Positions 23,544-37,016 of a stretch of 64,000 nt of DNA are shown here, in pieces. The DNA lies in NCBI GenBank assembly GCA_965153285.1, contig OZ229122.1. One strand, written 5' to 3'. How positions within the stretch are numbered: position 1 is the first letter of the stretch; every line of letters begins with the position of its first letter. Origin of the DNA: Podarcis tiliguerta (lineage: Eukaryota). The notes under the pieces are model-generated. The model was not told the origin of the DNA and did not search any database. It saw nothing but the letters and a program-made list of their open reading frames with translations. A program made the position numbers and the translations under genes.

Positions 23544-25024
23544 GAATATTTAGCCAAGGTTGGCAGGTGGGGAGTGGGCTGGGGCTAAATGTTTCATATA
23601 GTGTTGTTTTAAAAATGTTTTTAAAGTTGTGAGTGCAAACAACACCCTTGTGGGTTCAGGTAAAAACAAGCATTTTTCTTTGGCTGTTCTTCTTGACAAA
23701 TGGAGCATAGTGAAAAAATATTCTTCAATTCTTGGAAGTTTACATGGACTCTTACACATGCATACTTCCATCTAATCAGAGTTTCTACCACAAAGAATCA
23801 ATGCACCACGCTATTCGGAGTAGTTCTGTCACTTGTCCCAGAGTTACATGCCTGTGGACTTGCAAGATAGAATTGAAACTTGGGCAGATATTCCATTTCT
23901 TTTACTTCACTTTTTTAGGAACATTTTCATTCTGGAGCGTATTTTTAGTGTTCAGGATTTAAGCTTGTTTGGGTTTTGTTATTCATACTCTGATATTTAC
24001 ACCAAAAATTAATTAGCGGAATTGGTTCTGTGCCTGGTATCTCCCCTAGTTCACAAGGTGCTGACTGCCATCTCCTATTAAAAGTAAAATCTGAAATGGA
24101 ACTGTTCAGTGGATAGCACCAGTTGGGTCCTTCTGCAGATGGTGAAGTATTTGACATAGATGTGTTACATCTTTTACAGCCATTTCTCTTAATCTTTGTA
24201 TTATAAAATTGATTTCTTCCATGGAAACTGTTGGCTTCCATGCATGTCTCCTCTGTTACCGTTGGGTAGTATAAGATGGCAACTGAGTGGGGAAGAAGAA
24301 AGTGAGGGTTTGGTGCTGTAAGTGTAGATTGGTAGACTTCTCAGCCCCTTTAATTTTGAACTGGGTTGAAAGAGAATGCTGTTAAAATAACTGGGAGTGA
24401 CACTTTTCCCCCTTGGTGAGTGTGGTTTGTTGGCATGAGTGTGGAATCAGTTTCCTCTTTGGTATAAGATCCACTGCAGCATGGCTCCTTTACATACCAC
24501 TCCAGAAAAGTAGGAACCTTGAGGTCATGTGGGAGGAATCAGCAGTGCAGCTACTTCCCTTGGCAGTTGTCTCAAATCCTAGGCAGAGTGAAGTGGCTGC
24601 ATCTTTGACTCCTCTCACATGACTTCAGCAGTTACTGGAACAGCATACTGGAGCAGCTCACAGGCCAGTGAGGTAATATAGGCCTGCAGACCTATTAAGA
24701 AAGAGCCTATAATGTGTGAGTGGTCAAAATATATGCTTAGTGGATGTACACTTCCAACTCCCACCTAGATACAAGGGAAGCATTCTAGAATTTTTCCATA
24801 ACCACATAGTACCAGATAGAGATGGTATTGTAGTGGATTAAGATTTGCCATTAGAATTTGCCTTGCTGTGTTCCATTGAAGGCCATGAACTATATGCATA
24901 TCACCCTCACCTTGATGTCTTGTTCTCCCCAGCATCGTCTTCACATGGAACATTCCATGATGCTCAAGAGAATAGGGTAGCACCTGGTCACACAGAACTC
25001 CACGTGGTATACTAGAGTATACAG

Positions 25025-25168
25025 CAATAATGGGGGACCTGTGGCCATCCAAATGTTGCCAGACCTAGAACTCCCATCATCATTTGCATGACCATTGGCC
25101 CTGCTGGCTGCAACTAATAGGAGTCAGAATCCAACAACTTCTGGAGTGTCACAGCTTCCCCATCCCTG
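25025..25168. mobile_element. Degenerate palindromic hAT-type MITE inside the predicted MED1 3'UTR
   Basis: GGGGGACCTGTG...CACAGCTTCCCCATCCCTG arms; TSD GTATACAG/GCATACAA. Confidence 0.7.
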
Positions 25169-26307
25169 GCATACAACCACCCATGCTGGGTTTGCAACGG
25201 TTGCAGGACTTTATGATACCTAACTGTACACCCCAAACTGCTTGCACTCTTAGAAGCTTTTATGCCATAGGTTTGCTCCACCAAGGATTATCTAATGAAG
25301 AAGTTGCATTGAGGCTTCTAATGGAGAAGCTGTACCCCCACACAACCATAAGTTGCAGAGTTTTCCTGACTTGTGTACCTGCTTCCTGAGTTTCCGAGAT
25401 ACTGCAAATCATAAATTCAGAGCAAATGACACAATTCATTTTACTGCAGACGACTTGGGTGTGTACAAGGTCTCTGATAGATCGAGAGGGTTTTTTGTGA
25501 TAGCCACATCACAGAATGTAATTCTGTGTATGTTCAGGCCACAGCAGTTGTGTTTATTATGATGGTTTTTACAGTATTCTTTTCATTTAGGGAAGAAGCT
25601 GGGTTCTGAGAAACACAGTGTGCAACTCAAAATGTGAAGCTTTATTGTTTAAGGCTTTGGACATCTTGCTGCATCCCAGCAGCAACATTTGAGCGGTGTT
25701 TTCATGATGGGATGCACAGTATAGTTCTGGTATCCTCTGTAATTGGAATGGAATTGTTGAAAGTATTTGGAGGATGAAGGCTGTGAGGAGCAATGTAATA
25801 CAATTCTTAGGTATGGACAGTGTCTAAAATATTAAAAGAGGTAATGGCTCTTGAACCATGAATTCTACCAGATCTTTTAGAGGGGTTATTCTTTGGGTCC
25901 CAAAGTTAAACAGTTGAGACTTTCTGTTTTTCAGTGGACATCCACCTTGGCCAGTAGTAGGTTTTTGAGTTATACAAAAAGGTTCTTCAGAATAAAAACG
26001 AGCCTTGATCCAGTGTATGAGAGGCGCAGGATTTGCTCATGAATGGATTCCCTTATCAGTCATAATGGCTCTTTCCATGGCACATATGAGGGATGAGGAT
26101 GATGCACCAGCCTTCCATTTCCCACAAATGCTGAACACCCAATTATATGTGGGGAAGAGGGGAGAGATTAGGTTTATTGTGGCCTATGAGACCTCTGTGC
26201 ATAAACTGGATTAAGTCATATTAGTTCCATGGAAGTCTAAAGTCTACCATGCTAACAGGTTCTAAAATGGTGTGGTTGTTTTTTTTACCTTATGCAAGCA
26301 GGATGTT

Positions 26308-26313
26308 AATAAA
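26308..26313 (+). terminator. MED1: Likely main MED1 polyadenylation signal
   Basis: AATAAA followed about 25 nt later by T-rich/GT-rich downstream element (26338-26368); other AATAAA at 25991-25996 and 26745-26750. Confidence 0.6.
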
Positions 26314-27755
26314 GTTCTACTTTTAATACAACATACCTTTTTTTTGTCCAGCAGTGATGTGTTTTTTTCCATAGGGAATGAAGAAAGATAAACCATTCAA
26401 AGAATAGTTCCACCAATTAAAATTGGGAGTACACATACCAGTATCACACAATCCTAAAATCTCTCATGTTTACTTCTAAAAGTGCATTTATTTGTTCACA
26501 ATACCCTACATCTTTCAGTATTGTAAAGACAAACAGAAAATAGGAAATAATCAAACCCATTAATATCAGGTGTAGGTACTTCACCTGAGATTAAGATTGG
26601 TTCTTTTCATGTACATGGTAGGTCCTTTACTCTTGTGAACAATTGTGTAAATACTGCTTCTGGTGACTGAGGAGGTGGGGAAGGACTAGACTGCATTTTT
26701 AGTTTTTTGATGGTACTTCAAATAACATGTTTGTTTTACATGCAAATAAATTTTGTTTGATAGAAATGTTTGCCTCAGATCAATTTCTGCACTTTACAAG
26801 TTGGCTTCTACCTGGATGAAGTTCTGGTTGTCAAGTAAGAGCTCTTTTGGAAAGAGGGAAGCCTTTTTTGAAACTTCAATTTCAAAACTTATAAAGTTGG
26901 TAGTGCATTTCCATCACGACCATAGCTGTTTTATATTAGCAGGAACTGATAAGTGCTGAACGTTCATCAGCATTTTTGTCTAGGAAGCTCAGTTGTCTAA
27001 TAGTTTGAATCCCCAGACTCTTGGACTTCTGCTCATGCTGAACAGATGAGGACCACATCTTGTTGGTTACCCCTTGTACATGATCCAAGTTCTCAGTGCT
27101 TTTTTCTTTTAATTCCTAGCCACCTATTAGTTCCTGAAGGCTTTGATTTACATTACAAGTTGACGTGGATAGAATATAAGCCATAATATGATGAAGATAA
27201 ATACAGTACAGATTCCTATTGGTTTATTATAACTATTCTGGGGAACCTTAAGAAGGACTGTGTAGATAGATATTGGGGTGTATGTGGGAGTTTGTGTCAT
27301 GAGAATAGTTGGTCATAGGATGTTACTGCCTGGGAGCAGAGATCTTAATTGGAAGATGGCACATATGGGACTAATGCTGAGTGTTGACAGTGGAAGGTAT
27401 CCAGGTTAAGTGTGTCTGCTTCTCTTCTTCTCCCAAATCAGATGGGTTAGTTAACACGGTGCAATATTCAGACTTAGTTTCTAAAATGCTCTTAGAAGCC
27501 CTATTGCCTTAATCACAGATTGGGGTCAAATTTGTAATAGTAGAGAAAAGGTAGTGTTTTGTATGTGCTTGGAGGACTTCACCTGTGTCCTCAGGTACTC
27601 CTATTTCCAAAATTTATTCCTAGAGGAAACTTTATTTATTTCATTACATTCCAAAAGGAACGAACCCAGGGCAGACCAGCGATTTGATTTAACAAAAATG
27701 TTTGCATTAGTCAAAGGTGGGGAAAATATAGATTGGAAACAAAATGCTAGTTTGT

Positions 27756-28099
27756 TGTTGTTTAGTCGTGTCCGACTCTTCGTGACCCCATGGACCAGAG
27801 CACGCCAGGCACTCCTGTCTTCCACTGCCTCCTGCAGTTTGGTCAAACTCATGCTGGTAGCTTCGAGAACACTGTCCAACCACCTCATCCTCTGTCGTCC
27901 CCTTCTCTTTGTGCCCTCAATCTCTCCCAACATCAGGGTCTTTTCCAGGGAGTCTTCTCTTCTCATGAGGTGGCCAAAGTATTGGAGCCTCAGCTTCAGG
28001 ATCTGTCCTTCCAGTGAGCACTCAGGGCTGATTTCCTTAAGAATGGATAGGTTTGATCTTCTTGCAGTCCATGGGACTCTCAAGAGTCTCCTCCTCCAG
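27756..28099 (-). mobile_element. BovB (RTE clade) LINE, 5'-truncated 3' end
   Basis: Intact peptide WRRRLLRVPWTARRSNLSILKEISPECSLEGQILKLRLQYFGHLMRREDSLEKTLMLG...ALVHGVTKSRTRL, (CAA)n tail; possible short TSD GTTTGT. Confidence 0.95.
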
Positions 28100-28384
28100 G
28101 TTTGTAAAAGAGCTGTATTGTTCATATACAAATAAGATAAATTTCTAAATGTTAATCAACTTCTTTTGTTCCCGTTTGAGTAAACAACTGGCAAAAGGTA
28201 TCATTTAATTGGTTTTGGCCGTTTTCAGTTCATGGTATCAGAGTAAAAGCTTAATAGTTTTGTTTAATAATTAACACTAGTAAGAATGCTTGACATTTCA
28301 AGTTTTCCAGTACATGCAGTTTCACGTGCAGTCCTTTCAGTAATCCTTACAATAGCCCTTGTACAGTAAATTAGTAAGATTATA

Positions 28385-28537
28385 TGGAAGGGACCTCAAA
28401 GGTAACCTTAGTCCAACCCCTTGCTTTTGCAGAAATCCTCTGCTGTTGCATCCCAGTAGCTAGTCTTTCATTCTCTGCTTTGAAGCCCCTAGTGAAGGAG
28501 AATCCACCACCTTTTAAAACAGATCGTTCCACTGTCA
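28385..28537 (-). mobile_element. CR1 LINE 3' end fragment (second subfamily)
   Basis: TGGAAGGGACC...TAGTCCAACCCC 3'UTR signature and decayed ORF2 end (GTTCCACTGTC = ..QWN). Confidence 0.65.
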
Positions 28538-29139
28538 AACTGCTTGTATCATCACTACCACTATATGGCAACCATCCTCTATATATGTATTTCCCCACCC
28601 CCCACCCCTTACCAAAATGTATGTGAAGATGATAGGATAATCGGCTTGCTGAAAGCCAGCCTAGTGAGTGCAGGTGGTCCACGACTCGCTCAATCTACCA
28701 ATCCATCAGATCTTGGCAGAATTTGGATTCAAGGGAGTGAGGCAGCTACTTATCCTGGTTACAGAATGTCGTGTGTGCCCCCCCCCCCCCAATATATACA
28801 ATAGCTGGATGAGACACCATGCCACAGGAATTAATCCTCCCCCCAAGAATAAAGGAGCCAAATCTTCTTAACTGGAAGCTTTCATCTTGTTGCTCAAGAG
28901 AATGATCTGAAGGCACCTGATGGGATGCTGAAGCTAAACAGCTTGCTGCAAGGGGCACCCCAGGGAATAATAATTCCAACCCAGAGGAAAGGTAGAGAAA
29001 ATTAAAAAGAGAAAAAAGGTTTAGCTGCGTTTGAAGCATTTTAACTGATGGCAACGAAGAAGCAGTTCCTTTTGTTGATCCATTCAGCACAACGTTAAGA
29101 TCAATAAAGATGCCAGTCACTAGAGCTGCTTGGGAGCAT

Positions 29140-30300
29140 GTCCCCACCGCTGAGCGCAACCGAAATGTGCCAGTGCGCGCGCGCTGAAAACATATATCTA
29201 CAAGCCTCACCGAGCTCGGTAGGGACGAACGGCTTCACCCGTGAGCCGCGCACGTGCGTAGGATCGGAACCGAAATCCTGCGCGCTGCGACGACCGTCAT
29301 TGAAACGTGCATAGGTTCAGGTTTGGCGACGGGAGGCGGTCGCTTCACCTGCCCAGACCAGAGTTGAGGAAGGGTGCGGGGCGGGGGGAAAAGGCAGACC
29401 AGGACCCTCCCGGCTTCTTCGCCTTCTCCCCGGGAGAAGCGGTGGGCGCGCGCACACGCTCCTCCTCCCACCACCCGCGCGCGCAGAGGCGCGCGCCGCC
29501 CGTGCTCTTTCCCCTCCCCGGCCTGCGCCTCCCTCATCCAATGAGCGGCGCTGTTGCTGGCAGGTGCGGAGTGTTTTTGTTTTGGGTAGAAGGAGAAGAA
29601 GTAGTAGTTGTAGTTGACGGAGGCCGAACTCTCTCTCTCTCGCTCGCTTTCTTTTTGCTCCCCCCTCCCTTCTGGAGTGGGCCTAGTCGGCGGAGGGGGC
29701 TCCGGCCGGCCGAAACCCCCCTCCCTCAACCGCACCCGCTGAGGAGCCTTAACGCCGCCCGGGCCCTCGCCGCTGGTCTAGGGAGGCAGACGGGCGACGA
29801 CGGGCTTTCCGCCTCCTACCTCCCCGGCTGCTGCGCCTCCTTCAGCCCCGCAGCGCGAAGGGAGGCCGCGGGGCTGAGCGGGCGGCCGCTGCTGACGCCG
29901 CCGTTCAGGAGCCGGGGGGGCCAGGCCCGGCTCGGCCTGGCCTGCTCTCACCCGAGCCGACCCCCGCAGGGCCTTCACCATGAGGAGGGAAATGAACGGA
30001 GTCACCAAGAGCCGGTTTGAGGTGAGCGGAGGGAGCATCGGCTGGGCCTTCCCAAAGTTTCCCGGGGTGGGGAGGGGGAAGGTGGTGGTGCAGGGCTGGT
30101 TTGTTCGGTTATGAATGGGGCAGTGGGGAGGGGGGCGTTAGATTTCGTCGAAGGAGATTTCCCTTCCCCTATTCTCGTTTCTCCCTCCTCCCCTCAAAAG
30201 AAAGGGGGGACCCCAGATCTGGAGGGGCGATAAAGCGGTGGCCGAAGAGATGGGGCGGTGTTTGTGTGTCCCCTGGGAAGGTTTTAAATGGGGGAAGGGA
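29140..30300 (+). promoter_or_regulatory. FBXL20: CpG island promoter of FBXL20
   Basis: CpG-dense; CACGTG E-box at 29251-29256 within CGCACGTGCG palindrome, GC box near 29378, CCAAT near 29539; contains first coding exon. Confidence 0.88.
29980..30021 (+). CDS. FBXL20: FBXL20 coding exon 1 (MRREMNGVTKSRFE)
   Basis: CACCATG Kozak; matches human MRRDVNGVTKSRFE; donor GTGAGC, phase 0. Confidence 0.95.
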
Positions 30301-31310
30301 GGCGACTAGATGAGGCTGAAGGAAATTCCCTTTCCTCGCCTGCCAGACACTAGAGAAGAAAACTGGCCCCGGAAGGAGAGGGCGACAAGTTCCCCTAAGT
30401 AGGGTGGAGGTGGGAGGGCTGCCTGTCGTGATTACAATGAGGGAGATTACATGCACAAGTGTAAGGTGGTTTCTTCTCCCGTCGACGCGAGGGCATTTCT
30501 CTGGAGGAGATCCTTTCCCTCGAACAAAACTGGGAAAGGTGTATATAGTCGCCTTTGAATAGGTAAGCCTGTAGAGAGGCAAATAAGAAGGAAACACTGT
30601 GTATATTGGGTGGGGTGGAGTCAGTCGTGATAGGTTACGCAGATGGAAGGGTTCCCTCGCCCCGCCCGTGCCATTCTGTGGGATATCGCTTGTGGGAAGG
30701 ATGTGCACTAGAGAGGAAAGGAAATATTACGTTAGGAAGTCTGGTGTGTGTGCTTAGTGGCACCACGGTACATGTAGGGAAGTTGGGCGAGGAGGTTCGT
30801 TAACAGAGTTTGGGATCCCACCCACTTCCACTGGGAGTGGGGCAGGATGGGTGGAGAATGAACTTGAAGAGGAAGGGGAGGAGCCTAAGCACACTGTGGG
30901 AGCGGCAGTGAAAGTCCCAGGATTGGGGCTGCCTTGATTATATACACAGTTGAGGAACATGGACATTAATGCATTATTATTATTTTGGGTGTGGGGTGAA
31001 ATTAACCAGAACTTGAAGAGCAGACTGTGAGGTGGGGCAGGGTCTGACCTGAAAATGCTATTCTTCAGGTGTATAGGGATGGGGATGAATTGGCAGGTTG
31101 TAGCCAGAAGAAATTTAGTTATGATAAAGTATGTGTTTGGAGCAGTGGTAGAGATAATGGAAGAAGGTTGCAGAGCTGCTGTAGAAGTGTGCTGGGACTA
31201 GATTAGAATTGGGAGAGAAACAAGTTGTAGGCATGTGGAGGCTCCTGAACAGTGTTAAGGCAGGCACACTTTACCCACATAATTTAGGCCCTACCAATGA
31301 AGGGAAGGGT

Positions 31311-31337
<27 letters not shown>
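31311..31337. repeat. (TG)13 microsatellite
   Basis: Direct count. Confidence 0.95.
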
Positions 31338-31341
<4 letters not shown>

Positions 31342-33096
31342 AGATTCCCAGGGCTGTTTAAAAGATGGCATATTACAGATATCCTCAGTCTCCTGTGAAG
31401 GTTCTTTAGGGTTGGAAGGTACTGTTAGGATTCTAGCTTTGTTCAGAAACTGCTAGAAGGGGATGGCACTTTTCAGTTACTTGTCCAACTAATTTTCAGT
31501 TTATCCTCAAGTGCATCCTAAGTGCACTCTTATACACAGGCTGCTGTTGCTGAAGATATAAGCAATCCACAGGAAGCATAGCAGTGGAAAATTCAACAGC
31601 TTTAATGTTCTGTCTAGATAACCCTTACTTGGTATATGTAAAGAGAATAAAAGCTGCAGTTCCTAGGTAGTGGGAGGAAAGGGTCTCATCAGGAGGCTAG
31701 CTAACCTGGCTAGGGAGAAAAGTCATCTTCTCCCAGTTTATGTCCCACTTAAGTGGGGGAGATAAAACAGGAGAAAGGTGTAGGGATTAGAGGAGGGTGA
31801 TACTTCAGAGTAGTGGGAGATTCTCTGGAGTATTTGTGGACTTCATGTCACTGGGTGGTGGGGCGGGGAGGGAATCATGCAAGGACAGAAGCATGAAATG
31901 GAGAGGGTAGGGCCAGGGAACCAGTCTTAATGCTGCTGGCATGACCAGTTTTGTGCTGTTTGTTTATGGCTACTAAGGGCCTAATTAATATATAGACAAA
32001 GGGGATCCTGGTCTGGAAAAGGAAGGTGGGCAGCTAGGGGGGGAAAGGAAGGACATGCCAGAAAGGAGGAGCATAGTGTTCCAGGATGTGGAATACATAG
32101 CCTCTTTCTGTGTGTTTGTAAAAGAGCAAAATTTGAGGGTTTAAAGTAATATGTAAATAGGTATATCTGTCCATTTTCGGCTAAAGTTCATCGAATTGTA
32201 TGCTGACAAAATGAGTATTGGTCATATCAGCTTAGCAAATGACAGCTGTATATTAATCACAACTGTTTTCAGACGCTGACCAGTGGTCAGGGAGGTATAC
32301 ACATGAGCACACACATGTACTTAGACATATGGCAAATACAGTGGGTTTAGAGTAAGGAAGATCCTGTAGCATTGATGCTTTGGTGTATTTTGAAGTAACA
32401 AATGTGAATGTGGTTAAAAGTCATTGTGGAGCCTGTAGCTCTTTGAGAGGATGGATGACTGGTTTGCAACGTGTGGTGCTTACCCTGTGTGTTTGTGGAC
32501 ATTATGCAAAACAGATTGCTAAATAGCTTTAAAGGAAACATGACTGGTGGTTGGTGCATGTGTTTAATATCAGAATAGATAAATGTGGTACAGTCCAGGA
32601 CTACTGTTGCTTTACTATTCTGAAATTGAAAAGGAGAATCCTGAAGGATGAAGATGCTGTAAAAAGTGCAAACAGGGCAAGCAAAGGGTAAACAATGAAC
32701 TATTCAGGAAAACATGGCACATAATTGACATGATCTGGCATCACACAAAAGCACCCTATCTAGCCAGAGATTCATCCAGTTCTTTGTCGTAACAGCTGTC
32801 CCTCCCCCCCCTTCCTGAATTGATAGCCACAGTGCGGAGGAGGCAGCATCGTTGACACAAATAAGAGCAATAAGATGGTTCAAGTCACTCTTTGTGGGGA
32901 TTTCATGAGGGAGGAAAATAAAGTGCCCAAGTGTAATCTTTCAACAGTGTGACCAAGGAATAACTTGAATACAGGGAGGAGACTAGCTCAGCTCAGAAGG
33001 AACTTCTGCTTTGGGCACAGCTACTTCTTTACTTTCTGGTCCAGAAAGGAAAAATAAAAGTAACTGAGTCAAAGTACTGGATGACTTAGGCAGCGT

Positions 33097-33162
33097 ATGG
33101 CGCAAGGTGATAAGTTCTGCAGAATGAAAAAGAGCAGCGTCTTCATCCAGAAACTGAGACAG
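33097..33162 (+). CDS. FBXL20: Candidate alternative first coding exon of FBXL20 (MAQGDKFCRMKKSSVFIQKLRQ)
   Basis: ATGG start after in-frame TGA (33082-33084), 22 codons ending at phase-0 donor CAG|GTAAAA compatible with exon 2; TGAGTCA just upstream. No transcript evidence. Confidence 0.4.
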
Positions 33163-36100
33163 GTAAAAACAATGTTTTGGTTTCATTCTCTTACTTTTAA
33201 TGGGTACTATTGGAAGCTGGGTGCAAACTAAACAAAAAGAGTGCATGTTCATTGAATTAATTTCCATTGACTAAATAGCCCAGGAAAATGTTGATTGGTA
33301 ACCGAGTCCAAATAAAAAAAGGTCACTAACTGAAGTTTTGTGGCATGCAGGGAACAGAAGAAGCAACTGCACATAACAATTTCATTATTTTTTACACCAT
33401 CTTGTAATCTGAAAATTAAGGGGAGAGTTTAGATACATGGAGGGGTTCTTGTGATATGACACTAGTATTTTTTCCCCATTGAGATTAATTGTATGAGACG
33501 GGGAATCTATTCCCAGGCCTTTCCCCTGTGAAAAGTATGTATTGGCAAAGATGAACAGTGTTTTGGGTAGCACTGGGAATGTTTTTTTCCCAAAAGCAGT
33601 GTCCAAGGGAGATGTACAGTTGGGAACGTTAACATTCAAATGTGTATGTTATGGTTGCTTATTCTAATTATAGATATCTACATGGTATTCTTGTGAGGGA
33701 GAGGAAAGGAGGCATAACCCAATTGGGGAAATGTGCATACAATGATATATTTAAAAATGGAAACCGGAAATAATATGAGAGAGTTTTGTTGGACCAATTT
33801 CTGTTAGTAAATGAATATTTTAGTCTTTGAGTTATGTAGAACATGTAATTAGATACAATGGAACGATAGCTAATTTCCAGCTTGTATACAGAGAGAGACT
33901 ACTTACTAATGCAAATATTTGTAGACCAAATATATTGTTACAGTGCTGTGGGGTGAAAACATTTCTGGAAATTTTTCAAGTGATATTTTTTCCATGGAAA
34001 ATGTTCCACTTTTAGAAATGAGTACTGTGCAAATTTGGCAACTGAAATGAATATAATACTAATGAAATATAAAATCATGGTTGTAATTGGCTATTTATGA
34101 AGTGACTAGCCCTAGAAAGCACATGCTTATGCACACAGCTCTTGAGGGATACTAAATTTGGTATGGTAAAATAGTTTTCAGTACTTTAATTTTTTCCCCT
34201 TTATAATTTTATGCAATTGACTTGCAACCTACATGCATTTAAACTTAAACAAATAGCGGCAGGCATCCATTAAAACAAACAAACAAACAAACATTGGCAA
34301 TCCCACCTGCCACTACACTCACCTTGGGAGAGTGCTTGGAGGTGCAGGGAGAGTGTGTCTTGCCTATAACATGATTTTGGCTTTATGCACTGTCTGTGGA
34401 ATTTAACCCCCACATAAGCTGAGAGTCGACTATATGTTACTGAGTTGTTTTAAGAAACTATTTAAAAGTAGTTTAATAAAGATAATTTCCAAATAAAGAT
34501 TCAAATTTGTTTGACTCTAACACTTAAAGCACATTGAATGTAGCAGCTTGAATTTTCCTCTCCAGGCAAATACTTCATTTAACTGACTTTTGGAGAAACT
34601 ATTCAAATACTTAGTACATAAAATTAGCATGACATACTTTTTAAAGTCTTGTTCAATCAATGTAAGTGAAACCAACACACTAAATCAGATCTCCCATTGT
34701 TTTATGGCAGCAGGGGAACCCCAGAGATGCTGACTTGATCCCAAAACATTTATCATCAAATCTGTACAAACATCTCAAACTAGGGAATGTTTTAATAACT
34801 TGTAATAACTAAAGACCTCTATTCCAGTAAAAACAGACCAGGTAATAAGTCCCTCTGCCAGATCAGAGTCATAAGGGGTGCAGGCATAATGTTCCCAAAA
34901 TAGTAACCATGGTTAACTGGTGTTCAGGGGGTGTTCTTGATTATCAGCTGTGACACCAAGCCATGGTTGAGGGTGGAGTTTTGGGGGAGGGTGATTTGTG
35001 ATCATGTCCCTCCCTTATTGCTAAACAATAGTTAGCTGAAATAGCTATCAATGACAGTAGCGTGGTGAAAAAAGAATTAAGTACCAGATAATGTTCAAGA
35101 TTTTTGACTTGAGCTTTTGAGTTATACAAGACATATTCAGGCATAGGTGTTGAAATAAGAAAATTGTGGCAGAAAATATGGTCACATATCTAGTATATTG
35201 AGTAGTATTGCAGAGAACCTTGTAAACAGTAATTCTAACAAACTAACCTTACTGGAGGGGAGTAGGTTAGTTTCACAGGCTCCTTCAAAATACTGTGTTC
35301 GTAGAAAACATCTGATGTCAGGGGAGGGGAGGGAATTTCTAAAGTATCTCTCATAGAATCTTCTTTAAAGCCTTTCAAAGAAAGATGATTTGCAATCTGC
35401 TTTACAATTTAGTCTCTACATAACCCTTGAAAGTAGGGAATAGTGCATAAAAGACTAGCCATTATATATGAGTCATCCTTATATTAGATCTAGAGACATA
35501 CAATGATTTCTATAAATTGGCTGTAGGTGGAATGGTGCAAAATGAGCAGTGTGATAGGAGAGATTATATATAATTTCTGACTCTGTGTGCTTGATACATG
35601 TTCTTTGCAGTTTATCTTTACAGTAGTGGTGTGAATAGTTGAGGCTGTGAGCCACTGCTTTTCAAAAAGGGTTTCGAGTAGAACTTTAAGGATTATATAT
35701 AGTATCTGTCAGTACATACACTGAAGTTATTTTTCACAGTGGTTGTAAAATTCTTTTTTACTGTAGATAGTTTCTGCCTCAGGAGTGTTTGAGTAGGTCC
35801 CATGGCAGGAGGGATGATTTCTTCAGATAACAGTGTTAAAAACTGAGTAAAATTAATCAGGTATAATTTCCCCTTTCCACTTTTTGAATAACAAGGGAAT
35901 TGCAGGGTGTGTCTGCCCAGCTGATAGAAAGATGTTCTGAAGTACACATAGCAGCATTCATATTTGTCATTTGATCACTTATGTATTCTTGGAAGCGTAC
36001 CCTATGAGTGCCTCCCACTGGTAGATATTGTGGAAAAAGCCAGTGGCACCTCTGAACATCCAAAGTCAATTGGCATGAAGATGACAGTATAGAGGCAATA

Positions 36101-36803
36101 CTTCTGAGAGGCAATAGTTGGGTACAGTGTCCTCCTCAGATACAATACATTTGTGTGCATTTGAGCTTTTCAGTGCTTACAAACATCTTGGTGATCCTTA
36201 CAACAAGCCTGTAGTATTATTCCCATTTTGCAGATACTGTGCTTTGACTAATGGCTTGCCTGAGGCCACAGAGCATTGTTGTCTAAACTAAGAGGTTCAC
36301 TGTTTTCGCCACTGCACTGTACCAGCCCTTAACACAAAAACACGGAGGTACTCAGACTAGATACAATGTATACATTTAAGCCCCACCCTTTAATCAAATG
36401 AACCCTTGCCTGTTGCCACCAAAGATAACTTGAGTAAATAGTTCTTCAGAAAGATGGTCAGACTTTGAGTCTCCAGGGGAAGCTGCCATCTGGTATTACA
36501 TCTCTCCGTATGTTGGATGATCTGACAGAAATTGTTTGTTTTTTCAGTATCCTTCATTTCTGTCCACAGACTCAAGGAAGCTAATAACCAAAATAAAAGC
36601 ACACTAAAAATACATAATGATGGCTGGTATCCAACAGAATCATACTCAGAGAAGAACCATTGAAATCAATGACTGACTTCAGTCACATAACACCTTACCT
36701 GTGAATTGAAGAGCAGATAAAAATCTGTTAATGCTTGGACAATAAAATAATATCAAACAGTAGCCAAGTCAAACATCTTCAGAATTAAAAGAAAGGTCAC
36801 CTG

Positions 36804-37016
36804 GGCTACATCAATACCATACATTTAAAGCATATTCAGTGCACATTTAATATTCATGACTTCCCCCAAAGAATTCTGGGAACTGTAGTTCCACCCTCAG
36901 AGAGCTACAATTCCCAACAACCTTAACAAACTACACTTTCCATGATTCTTTGGAGGGAAGCCATGTGCCTTAAATGGATGTGGAATGTGCTTTAAATGCA
37001 AGGTGTAACTCTGCTC
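36804..37016. mobile_element. Old palindromic MITE, possibly PIF/Harbinger
   Basis: Long imperfect inverted arms (CATTTAAAGCATATTC / GAATGTGCTTTAAATG; CTTCCCCCAAAGAAT / ATTCTTTGGAGGGAAG); possible 3-bp TSD CTG. Confidence 0.6.

Noticed and set aside
20277-23557. Many short antisense and alternative-frame ORFs in exon 17
   Set aside because: Expected shadows of a long Ser/Pro/Gly-rich coding exon
27554-28135. 193-aa plus-strand ORF
   Set aside because: Antisense to the BovB fragment; a common artefact of this repeat
29235-30038. ORFs of 237, 166 and 86 aa over the FBXL20 promoter
   Set aside because: Stop-poor GC-rich CpG island; no recognisable protein; the true frame is 29980-30021
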